From the NCBI GenBank assembly GCA_035310985.1, contig DATGDH010000037.1, positions 37,382-101,381 on the forward strand: DNA of 64,000 nucleotides, in the 5' to 3' direction. The notes below the pieces were generated by a model. That model had not been told where the DNA came from, did no database searches, and worked only from the letters and a program-made list of their open reading frames with translations. This stretch comes from Burkholderiales bacterium (lineage in GTDB: Bacteria > Pseudomonadota > Gammaproteobacteria > Burkholderiales > SG8-39). How positions within the stretch are numbered: the stretch's first letter is position 1; each line of letters opens with the position of its first letter. This document shows, in pieces, positions 9,040-15,992 of this stretch. Made by a program: the position numbers and the translations under genes.

Positions 9040-9621
9040 ATGCTCTTCGGAAGACTGGCCGCTGCCGCGGCGATCGCCCTGTCCTGCCTCGCCGTGGCGC
9101 CCACGGCATCGGCCGCCCTAAGCGCGAAGGAAAAGGAGCAGGCGCGCGCCGACGTGCAGAAGATGGCGCGCGAGACGCTCGACCGGCTGTACCGCACGCA
9201 GCCGGGCGCCAAGGCCGCTATCGCGAAGTCGGCGGGTTACGCGGTCTTCAGCAACTTCGGCATGAAGATCTTCTTCGCCGGCGGCGGCAAGGGCACGGGA
9301 CTCGCGATGAACAACCAGACCAAGAAGCCGACCTACATGAAGATGGTCGAAGTCCAGGCGGGACTCGGCATCGGCGCCAAGAAATTCCGGCTGGTCTGGG
9401 TGTTCGACAATGCGAAGGATTTCAACGCCTTCGTCAACTCGGGCTACGAGCTCGGCGGCCAGGCGAGCGCCGCGGCGAAGAAAGGCTCTCAGGGCGGCGC
9501 GTACCAGGGGGCCGTGTCGGTGTCGCCCGGCGTGTGGCTCTACCAGCTGACCGACGAGGGGCTGGCGGCGGAGATCACCGCCAAGGGCACGAAGTACTAC
9601 AAGGACGCCGACCTGAACTAG
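9040..9621 (+). CDS. secreted hypothetical protein (SYLF/DUF500-like by eye)
   Basis: AAAGGAGG RBS upstream. Signal peptide MLFGRLAAAAAIALSCLAVAPTASA. Motifs GYAVFSNFGMKIFFAGGGKGTGLAMN...VQAGLGIGAKK. Confidence 0.6.
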   Translation: MLFGRLAAAAAIALSCLAVAPTASAALSAKEKEQARADVQKMARETLDRLYRTQPGAKAAIAKSAGYAVFSNFGMKIFFAGGGKGTGLAMNNQTKKPTYMKMVEVQAGLGIGAKKFRLVWVFDNAKDFNAFVNSGYELGGQASAAAKKGSQGGAYQGAVSVSPGVWLYQLTDEGLAAEITAKGTKYYKDADLN

Positions 9622-10808
9622 CGCAGCTCGGCGACGAAGCAGGCGCCGCCGCCCTCGCGCGCAAGGCAGCGCGCGTCGCCGCCGTGGCGGCGCGCGATCT
9701 GGCGCACGAGCGCGAGCCCGAGCCCCGCGCCGCTCTCGCCCGCCGCGTGGCGGAAGAACGGCTCGAACACGCGCTCGCGCTCGCCTTCCGGCACGCCGGG
9801 GCCGCGGTCGCACACCGACAGCTCCGCGCCGGCGGCGCGCCTGCGCAGGCGCACGTCGATCGGCGGCGCGCCGTGGCGGCGCGCGTTCTCGAGCAGGTTG
9901 CGGATAAGGCGCCTCAGCAGCCGCGGATCGCCGCGCAGCGCGACCGGCTCGCCTTCGAGCTCGGCGCCCTCGTAGCGCGCGCATTCCTCCGCGGCGAGGG
10001 CGAGCAGGTCGACCTCCTCGTCCGCCTCGCGCCCCTCGACGGCCTCAAGGCGGCTCGCGAGCAGGATCTCGTCGATCAGCTGGTCGAGCTCGCCGATGTC
10101 GCGCTCGAGCTGCGCCTTTCTCTTCGGCTCGGCGCCCTCCTTCATCAGCTCGATCGCCATGCGGATGCGCGTGAGCGGCGTGCGCAGCTCGTGCGAGGCG
10201 TTCGCGAGCAGCGCCTTGTGCGCGTCGACCAGCGCCTCGATGCGGCCGGCGGCGCGGTTGAAGCTCTGGGCGAGGTGCGCCACCTCGTCGTCGCCCTCGA
10301 CGGCGACGCGCGCCGCGAGGTCGCCCGAGCCGAGCGACTCGACCCCCGCCTGCAGCTTCTCGAGCCGCCGCGTCAGGCGCCGCACCACCGGGTAGGCGCC
10401 GACGCCGACGCCCACGGCGACGAGGGCGAGGGTGAGAAACAGCCGCCAGGCCGGGTGCCGCCGGCCGCGCGCAGGGCCCGCCACGAGCCAGCGGCCGTCG
10501 GCGAGCTCGATGCCCGGACCGGCGCGGCGCAAGGGCCGACCGACGAACGCGATCGGCCTGCGCTCGGCGTCGAACAGCGCCACGTCGGCGTGCAGCTCGG
10601 CGGCCAGGCGCTCGAGCGCCGCCTTCTGTTCCGCGCGCGGGGCGCCGGCCGGGGGCAGCGCGTTCTGCGGGAGCCGCTCGAGCGCCTCGTAAACCGGGCG
10701 CGCGAGGCCTGGCTCGACCAGCTGGCGCCACAAGAACCCCGCGGCGAACACGAACACGAGCAGGCTCGCGAGCACCGCGACGTAGATGCGCAGGTACAGC
10801 TTGCGCAT
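9618..10808 (-). CDS. sensor histidine kinase (CpxA-like architecture: 2 TM, periplasmic loop, HAMP, HisKA, HATPase)
   Basis: Start MRKLYLRIYVAVLASLLVF, in frame within track ORF 9618..11303. H-box NASHELRTPLT. The ATG shares 1 nt with the regulator stop (TGATG at 10806-10810). Confidence 0.85.
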   Translation of the reverse strand: MRKLYLRIYVAVLASLLVFVFAAGFLWRQLVEPGLARPVYEALERLPQNALPPAGAPRAEQKAALERLAAELHADVALFDAERRPIAFVGRPLRRAGPGIELADGRWLVAGPARGRRHPAWRLFLTLALVAVGVGVGAYPVVRRLTRRLEKLQAGVESLGSGDLAARVAVEGDDEVAHLAQSFNRAAGRIEALVDAHKALLANASHELRTPLTRIRMAIELMKEGAEPKRKAQLERDIGELDQLIDEILLASRLEAVEGREADEEVDLLALAAEECARYEGAELEGEPVALRGDPRLLRRLIRNLLENARRHGAPPIDVRLRRRAAGAELSVCDRGPGVPEGERERVFEPFFRHAAGESGAGLGLALVRQIARRHGGDARCLAREGGGACFVAELR

Positions 10809-11494
10809 CAGTCCTGCGCCTTGGCGAACACGTAGCCCGCGCCGCGCACCGTGACGATGCGGCGCGGGTTCCTGGGATCGTCCTCGATTGCCTGGCGGAT
10901 GCGTGACACGTGCACGTCGATCGAGCGGTCGAAGGCCTCGAGCGGCTCGCCGCGCAGCGCGTCCATGAGCGCGTCGCGCGACATGACGCGCCCGGCGTTC
11001 TCGGCGAGCGCGACGAGCAGCGCGAACTGGTGCGAGGTAAGGACCTTCTCGGCGCCGTCGACGCGCACCACGCGCGCGCCGCGGTCGATCTCGACGCGCC
11101 CGAAGCGCAGCACGTCCCCGCGCGCGCCGCCGCCGCGCCGCCGCAGGATGGCGCGCAGGCGCGCGAGCAGCTCGCGCGGCTCGAAGGGCTTGGGCAGGTA
11201 GTCGTCGGCGCCGATCTCCAGGCCCACCACGCGGTCCATCGCGTCGCCGCGCGCGGTCAGCATGAGCACCGGCACGTCCGACGAGGCGCGCAGCTTGCGG
11301 CACACCTCGAGCCCGTCGATCCCCGGCAGCGCGAGATCGAGCACCAGCGCGTCGAAGGGCTCGCGCGCGAACCGGGCGAGTCCCTCTTCGCCGCTGCCCG
11401 CGGACGCGACGCGAAAGCCCGCCTGGCCGAGATATTCGGACACCATCTCGGCCAGCCGGGGATCGTCTTCGATCAGCAGGACGTGCGCGGCCAC
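10808..11494 (-). CDS. OmpR-family response regulator (CpxR-like)
   Basis: 228 aa. Motifs VLLIEDDPRL, DLALPGIDG, MLTARGDAMDRVVGLEIGADDYLPKPFEPRELLARLRAILRR. Winged-helix C-terminus ends IVTVRGAGYVF. Confidence 0.9.
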   Translation of the reverse strand: MAAHVLLIEDDPRLAEMVSEYLGQAGFRVASAGSGEEGLARFAREPFDALVLDLALPGIDGLEVCRKLRASSDVPVLMLTARGDAMDRVVGLEIGADDYLPKPFEPRELLARLRAILRRRGGGARGDVLRFGRVEIDRGARVVRVDGAEKVLTSHQFALLVALAENAGRVMSRDALMDALRGEPLEAFDRSIDVHVSRIRQAIEDDPRNPRRIVTVRGAGYVFAKAQD

Positions 11495-11507
11495 GCGCGC
11501 AGTTTAC

Positions 11508-12047
11508 CTATCCGCGCCCGCGCCAGCCGTGCCGGCCGTGTCCGCCGCCGAAGCGGCCGAAGCGCTCGGCGAGCTGCTGCCTTTGCGCGGGAGTGAGCAC
11601 CTCGGCGACGTCGACCAGCGCCTGGGTGAAGCGCCTGGACATCTGCTCGACCAGCCTGCTGCGCTCCGCGCTCAGCTTCTCGATCGCCGCTCGGTCGATT
11701 TTCTCGGCGGTGAACAGCTCGCGCTGCTGCCTGCGCAGGTCGCGCATCTTCTGACGCAGCGGGAACAGATCCTTCGCTGCGGCCTTCACGATCGGGTCGA
11801 TCTTCTGCTTCTGCGCATCGCTCGCGTCCAGCTCGACGTACAGGTGCCCGAGCATGCGGTTGACGCGTGCTTCCGCCTGCACGGGGTCGGCCGGTCGGCT
11901 CATGGTGCCGCGCTCGCGCGGCCCGTCGCCGTCTGCGCCGCGCGCATAGGCATACAGGCCCGTGCCGAGCGCGAGGCCGGCGAGCACGGTGGCGAGCGCC
12001 AGCCGCGCGGGGACGCGACGGCGCTTTTCCGGTTTGGTTTCGTACAT
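11508..12047 (-). CDS. periplasmic Spy/CpxP-family (LTXXQ) protein
   Basis: Start MYETKPEKRRR, followed by a TM/signal segment. Motifs LDASDAQKQKI and LTPAQRQQLAERF. Gly/His/Arg tail. Lies 13 nt upstream of the response regulator on the same strand. Confidence 0.7.
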   Translation of the reverse strand: MYETKPEKRRRVPARLALATVLAGLALGTGLYAYARGADGDGPRERGTMSRPADPVQAEARVNRMLGHLYVELDASDAQKQKIDPIVKAAAKDLFPLRQKMRDLRRQQRELFTAEKIDRAAIEKLSAERSRLVEQMSRRFTQALVDVAEVLTPAQRQQLAERFGRFGGGHGRHGWRGRG

Positions 12048-12114
12048 GATGGCTCCTTGGTTGGGGGTACGGCGCCAGTGTCGCGGCGGCGCGTAATGGC
12101 CTTTTCTCGGCGCG

Positions 12115-12129
12115 GTAAAGTTATGTAAA
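12115..12129. promoter_or_regulatory. perfect CpxR-type direct repeat GTAAA-N5-GTAAA
   Basis: Sequence is GTAAAgttatGTAAA. It lies 68-82 nt upstream of the cpxP-like ATG (12047, minus strand) and 19 nt upstream of the ridA ATG (12148, plus strand). Confidence 0.6.
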
Positions 12130-12147
12130 TCCACCCGAGGAGGCGCC

Positions 12148-12540
12148 ATGAAACGCGAGGAATTCCAGCCCGCAGGGCTGCCGGCCCCGATCAGCCACTA
12201 CTGCGACGCGGTGCGCTGGGGCGACCTGTTGTTCGTGTCCGGCGTCGCACCGCTCGACGAGCGCGGCACGCTCGTCGGCGGCGACGATGCGGCGGCGCAG
12301 ACGCGCCAGATCTTCCGTAACCTCAAGCTCGTCCTCGACGCCGCCGGCGCGGGCTTCGGCGACGTGCTCAAGGTGACGGTCTTCCTCACCGACGTCGCCG
12401 ACCGCACCAGGATCAACCCGGTGCGCCAGGAGTACTTTGGCCGCGCGCGTCCGGCGAGCACGCTGATCGGCGTGCGCGAGCTCGCGATTCCCGGGATGAA
12501 GGTCGAGATCGAGGCCGTGGTCGGCCTACGCGGACGCTAG
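12148..12540 (+). CDS. RidA/YjgF/TdcF family reactive-intermediate deaminase
   Basis: 130 aa. Motifs ISHYCDAVRWGDLLFVSG, KVTVFLTD and PASTLIGV..L....KVEIEAV. Confidence 0.85.
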   Translation: MKREEFQPAGLPAPISHYCDAVRWGDLLFVSGVAPLDERGTLVGGDDAAAQTRQIFRNLKLVLDAAGAGFGDVLKVTVFLTDVADRTRINPVRQEYFGRARPASTLIGVRELAIPGMKVEIEAVVGLRGR

Positions 12541-12546
12541 CGCCGT

Positions 12547-13311
12547 TCACCAGCGCAGCGTCACGCCGAGCAGCAGGCTGTGGTCGAAGACGATGCCGTT
12601 CATGCGGAACTTGACTCCTGCGTCCAGGTCCAGGTCTTCGCGCGGCGAGTAGGTCAGCCCGAGCACGGTGTAGCGCAGCGTGCCGTAGGCCGACGGCAGC
12701 GGGTTGGTGTCGGCGCTGAAATCGGCGACCAGTCTCAGCTTCTCCGAAGGCGAGTACGCCACCGCGCCCGAGATGTGGAATAGCGACTCCCGCCAGCCGA
12801 GCGTGTTGCGGAAGCGCCGGTAGCCGAGGTGCGAATAGAACGCGAACGGTCCGTCCGACCGATAGGTGCCGATGAGCAGCGCACCCCAGGTCACCTCTCC
12901 CGCGCCGAGACCGCGTGCGTCGTCGCCCGTCGGCAGCGTGATCCCCGGCTTGACGCCGAGACTTAGCGCGCCGCGCTCGTAGAAGCGCCACTTGAAGTCG
13001 AGCGAGGTGTCGAGCGGGCCGGTGATCACCTGGCGCCCGGCGTCGTCCTCGCTCACGATCCTGAGCCAGGGCTGGCCGAGCAGCAGGTCCGCGTTCGGCA
13101 GCAGGCCATAGCTGAGCACCGCCGCGGGCTGAGCGCCGTGCACCGTCCTGCCGTCCTCGCTCTGGCGCGCGAGCTCGGCGGTGAGCTCGAGCTGGTACGT
13201 GCCGGCACCGACGGTGCCGGTGTCCTCGGTGATCAGCGGGTGAAAGGCGCGCGCGCTGGCCGCGACGAGCAGCAGCGTGAGACCGGCCAGCGGAGGGAGC
13301 GCCCTGGTCAT
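12547..13311 (-). CDS. outer-membrane beta-barrel protein (MetA-pathway/transporter-like)
   Basis: Signal peptide MTRALPPLAGLTLLLVAASARA followed by FHPLITEDTGT. Alternating amphipathic strands throughout. C-terminus GVTLRW. Confidence 0.7.
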   Translation of the reverse strand: MTRALPPLAGLTLLLVAASARAFHPLITEDTGTVGAGTYQLELTAELARQSEDGRTVHGAQPAAVLSYGLLPNADLLLGQPWLRIVSEDDAGRQVITGPLDTSLDFKWRFYERGALSLGVKPGITLPTGDDARGLGAGEVTWGALLIGTYRSDGPFAFYSHLGYRRFRNTLGWRESLFHISGAVAYSPSEKLRLVADFSADTNPLPSAYGTLRYTVLGLTYSPREDLDLDAGVKFRMNGIVFDHSLLLGVTLRW

Positions 13312-13334
13312 GGCCGTGGCATGATACTTGGGTC

Positions 13335-13751
13335 ATGCGCCGCCGCTTCCTCGCCTCCCTCGCCGCCCTCGGCTTGCTCCCGATTCCCCGCGCGCAGGCC
13401 GCCGCCCGGGCGCAGCGCCTGCTGATCCAGATCAGCGATTACGACCCGCGGGTGTGGGGGCTTGCGCTGAGCAATGCGCGCAACGTGCGCAACGACCTCG
13501 GCCCGGATAAGGTGCAGCTCGAGATCGTCGTCTACGGCCCCGCGATTCACATGCTGGAGGCCGAGTCGGACTGGCGCGACCGCGTCACGCAGGTGATCGA
13601 CGAGAGCATCCGCGTCATCGCCTGCGAGAACACCATGGCGACCGTCGGGCTGAAACGCGACGACATGCTGGGCGGCGTCGACTTCGTCAAGACCGGCCTC
13701 GCGCATATCATGCAGCGCGAGCTCGAAGGCTGGGCCTACGCCCGGCCGTAA
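13335..13751 (+). CDS. secreted DsrE-like (COG1416-type) protein, paralogue 1, twin-arginine-type signal
   Basis: MRRRFLASLAALGLLPIPRAQA signal. Module motifs LLIQISDYDPRVWGLALSNARN, EIVVYGPAIHML, ACENTM and EGWAYARP. Confidence 0.7.
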   Translation: MRRRFLASLAALGLLPIPRAQAAARAQRLLIQISDYDPRVWGLALSNARNVRNDLGPDKVQLEIVVYGPAIHMLEAESDWRDRVTQVIDESIRVIACENTMATVGLKRDDMLGGVDFVKTGLAHIMQRELEGWAYARP

Positions 13752-13763
13752 GGGCGCCGCGCC

Positions 13764-14447
13764 TCAGGCGCGGATGTACACCCAGCCTTCCTGCATGCGC
13801 TTGACGATCTCGTCGAGCGCGGTCGGGGCGACATGCACGCCCGGGAGAAGCTTGACCGCCGTGCCCTTCTCGCGCAGCCGGTCGGCGGTCTGGTTGCAGG
13901 CGATGTAGGTCAGGTTCGGGTACGCGGCGCGCAGGCGCTCGAGCCTTGCGGCATAGGCCGAGGTGTCGGTGCGCAGGATGTCCATGCCGCTGTTGTTGGC
14001 GACGATCTCCACCTTGACCTGGTGCCCGGCGGCGCGCGCGTCGCGCAAGTAGTCCTCGACCTCCTGCAGCGCCGTGTCGACCACTTCGCCGCGCGAGGAC
14101 GCGATATGCACGAGGATGCGGTCGGCGGCGACGCCGCGCAGCTCGGTGAGGATGCGGCCGGGCGCGAGCGCGTCGTGCGCGAGCCAGCCCGCCAGCGTGA
14201 ACACGAGCGCGACCGCCGCCACGCGCGCCCAGCGCCTGCGGTCCGGGCCGGGCGCCGCGCGCCCCGGATGCACGCCCGCGTAGGCGCTGCGGGTCATGTC
14301 CTTCAGGGTGCGCAGCTCGCAGACGCGGCGCCTGAGCGCGTCGTCGCGGCCCATGCGCTCGACGAGCGCGGTCCAGTCGGCGGCGTCGAGCTGCCCGTCG
14401 ACGAACGCGTTCTGCATCTCCTGCGAGAGTTCTTCGTCGTGGCTCAT
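13764..14447 (-). CDS. anti-sigma factor with one TM helix and a C-terminal periplasmic DsrE-like domain (paralogue 2)
   Basis: Start MSHDEELSQEMQNAFVDGQLD (anti-sigma N-terminal motif). TM helix WARVAAVALVFTLAGWLAHDAL. Then ILVHIASS..., EIVANNSGMDIL, ACNQT and EGWVYIRA. ATGA overlap with the sigma-factor stop (14444-14447). Confidence 0.7.
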   Translation of the reverse strand: MSHDEELSQEMQNAFVDGQLDAADWTALVERMGRDDALRRRVCELRTLKDMTRSAYAGVHPGRAAPGPDRRRWARVAAVALVFTLAGWLAHDALAPGRILTELRGVAADRILVHIASSRGEVVDTALQEVEDYLRDARAAGHQVKVEIVANNSGMDILRTDTSAYAARLERLRAAYPNLTYIACNQTADRLREKGTAVKLLPGVHVAPTALDEIVKRMQEGWVYIRA

Positions 14448-14986
14448 CGAATGCTCCTGATCTTGCTGTTCTGCTCCGCCGCGCAGTCGATCAAGCGCGC
14501 CCTGAGCGCTTCGCGCGCGCGGCACAGGCGGCTCATCACGGTGCCGACCGGCACCTCGAGGATCTCTGCGACCTCGGCGTAGGAGAAGCCCTCCAGATCG
14601 ACCAGCGTCACCGCCTGGCGCTGGCCGAGCGGCAGGCGCTCGATCTCGGCGCGCACGCGCGCGGCGATCTGGTTGCTCGCGCTCGCGGCTTCCGGGGATT
14701 CGCCATGCGCCGCCATGTCCTCGTCGAGCGGCTCGAGCGGCCGCGCGCGGCGGAAATGGTCCTTCAGGCAATTGGCGAGGATCGCGCACAGCCAGCTCTT
14801 CAGGCGCTGGGGGTCGTTCAGCTGCCCGGCGCGGTCGAGCGCGCGCAGCATCGTCTCCTGCACCAGGTCGTCGGCCAGCCCGGCGTCGTGGCACCAGGAA
14901 TACGCGAGCCGGTACAGCGGCTCGCGCTGCGCCTCGACCCGGCCGCGAAACTGCGCCGACACCCCAAACAGCCCCGTTATCCTCAT
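14444..14986 (-). CDS. ECF (sigma-70 family) RNA polymerase sigma factor
   Basis: Start MRITGLFG at ATG 14986; the low-GC upstream extension of the track ORF is rejected. Region 2: LYRLAYSWCHDAGLADDLVQETMLRAL. Region 4: LPLGQRQAVTLVDLEGFSYAEVAEILEVPVGTVMSRLCRAR. Confidence 0.85.
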   Translation of the reverse strand: MRITGLFGVSAQFRGRVEAQREPLYRLAYSWCHDAGLADDLVQETMLRALDRAGQLNDPQRLKSWLCAILANCLKDHFRRARPLEPLDEDMAAHGESPEAASASNQIAARVRAEIERLPLGQRQAVTLVDLEGFSYAEVAEILEVPVGTVMSRLCRAREALRARLIDCAAEQNSKIRSIR

Positions 14987-14994
14987 GCGCGACA

Positions 14995-15021
14995 AGACGT
15001 TCCAGGGCCGAAGTTTATTCC
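14995..15021 (-). promoter_or_regulatory. candidate ECF-type promoter for the sigma/anti-sigma operon (GGAAT-N17-CGTCT)
   Basis: On the minus strand: GGAAT (15021-15017), a 17-nt spacer, then CGTCT (14999-14995). The -10 element ends 8 nt before ATG 14986, implying a leaderless or near-leaderless transcript. Confidence 0.5.
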
Positions 15022-15031
15022 GTGGAATAAA
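15014..15031. promoter_or_regulatory. perfect 8-2-8 palindrome TTTATTCC-GT-GGAATAAA in the divergent intergenic region
   Basis: An AT-rich palindrome in a very GC-rich context. Each arm supplies a GGAATAAA -35-like element, one reading in each direction. Confidence 0.6.
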
Positions 15032-15050
15032 ACCGCGGCGGCGGGCGTCG
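15024..15050 (+). promoter_or_regulatory. candidate ECF-type promoter for the dsrE-like 3/4 genes (GGAAT-N17-CGTCG)
   Basis: On the plus strand: GGAAT (15024-15028), a 17-nt spacer, then CGTCG (15046-15050). It lies about 60 nt upstream of ATG 15112, which has a GGAGAGGAGAG RBS. Confidence 0.5.
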
Positions 15051-15111
15051 TATAGCCGTCGCGGGTGCTTTGCACCCCGATCCACCCACTACAGGACGGA
15101 GAGGAGAGCTA

Positions 15112-15543
15112 ATGAAACAAGTACTTGCGGTCCTTGCGGCGGTCGTCGGCCTGGCCGGTTTCGCCGCTTCCCCCGCCGCGCTGGCCGCCGGCAAGACGTC
15201 GATGAGCCACATCATTATCCAGGTGAGCGACAACGACCCCGGCAAATGGCAATTGGCGCTGAACAACGCGGAAAACGTGCAGGAGGCGCTCGGCAAGGAC
15301 AAGGTGAAGGTGGAGATCGTTGCCTACGGCCCCGGCCTGAACATGCTCAAGGCCGACTCGAAGGCGACCGCGGGCGTGAACGCCGCGCTCGATCGCAATG
15401 TCCAGGTATCGGCCTGCGCGGTGACGATGAAGAAGATGAAGGTCACCAAGGACGACCTGATCGGCGGCGTGACGGTGGTGCCCGGCGGGGTGATCGAGAT
15501 CATGAAGCGCCAGTCCGAGGGCTGGTCGTACGTGCGTCCGTAG
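15112..15543 (+). CDS. secreted DsrE-like (COG1416-type) protein, paralogue 3
   Basis: Signal MKQVLAVLAAVVGLAGFAASPAALA. Motifs IIIQVSDNDPGKWQLALNNAEN, EIVAYGPGLNML, ACAVTM and EGWSYVRP. Confidence 0.75.
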   Translation: MKQVLAVLAAVVGLAGFAASPAALAAGKTSMSHIIIQVSDNDPGKWQLALNNAENVQEALGKDKVKVEIVAYGPGLNMLKADSKATAGVNAALDRNVQVSACAVTMKKMKVTKDDLIGGVTVVPGGVIEIMKRQSEGWSYVRP

Positions 15544-15554
15544 GGGGTCGAGAG

Positions 15555-15992
15555 ATGAAGCGAATCATCGCCAGCCTCGCGCTCGCCGGCGCGATTGCTG
15601 CAGGCGTCGCCCCGGTCGCCCAGGCGAACCCCGCGGCCGAGAGTCACGGAAAGTACCAGCTCGTGATCCAGGTCACCGACGACAATCCCAAGGTGTGGAA
15701 CCTCGCGCTCAACAACGCCTTCGCATTTCAGCGCAACGTCGGCAAGGACAAGTCACAGATCGAGATCGTCGCGATCGGGCCGGGCCTGAACATGCTGAAG
15801 ATGGAATCGAAGGTCCAGGACCGCATCGGCCAGGCGCTCGACCAGAGCATCGACGTCGTCGCCTGCGGCGAGACCATGCACTCGATGAAGGTGACGAAGG
15901 ACGACCTGATCGGCGGCGTGCGCGTCGTGCCCGGAGGCCTGATCGAGATCGCCGACAAGCAGCGCGCGGGCTGGGTCTACTACCGGCCCTAG
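15555..15992 (+). CDS. secreted DsrE-like (COG1416-type) protein, paralogue 4
   Basis: ATG 15555 lies 11 nt after the previous stop. Signal MKRIIASLALAGAIAAGVAPVAQA. Motifs LVIQVTDDNPKVWNLALNNAFA, EIVAIGPGLNML, ACGETM and AGWVYYRP. Confidence 0.75.
   Translation: MKRIIASLALAGAIAAGVAPVAQANPAAESHGKYQLVIQVTDDNPKVWNLALNNAFAFQRNVGKDKSQIEIVAIGPGLNMLKMESKVQDRIGQALDQSIDVVACGETMHSMKVTKDDLIGGVRVVPGGLIEIADKQRAGWVYYRP

Noticed and set aside
14987-15085. Upstream extension of the ECF sigma ORF (MDRGAKHPRRLYDARRRGFIPRNKL...)
   Set aside because: It runs through the AT-rich palindromic promoter region and has non-coding composition. Sigma region 2 begins shortly after ATG 14986.
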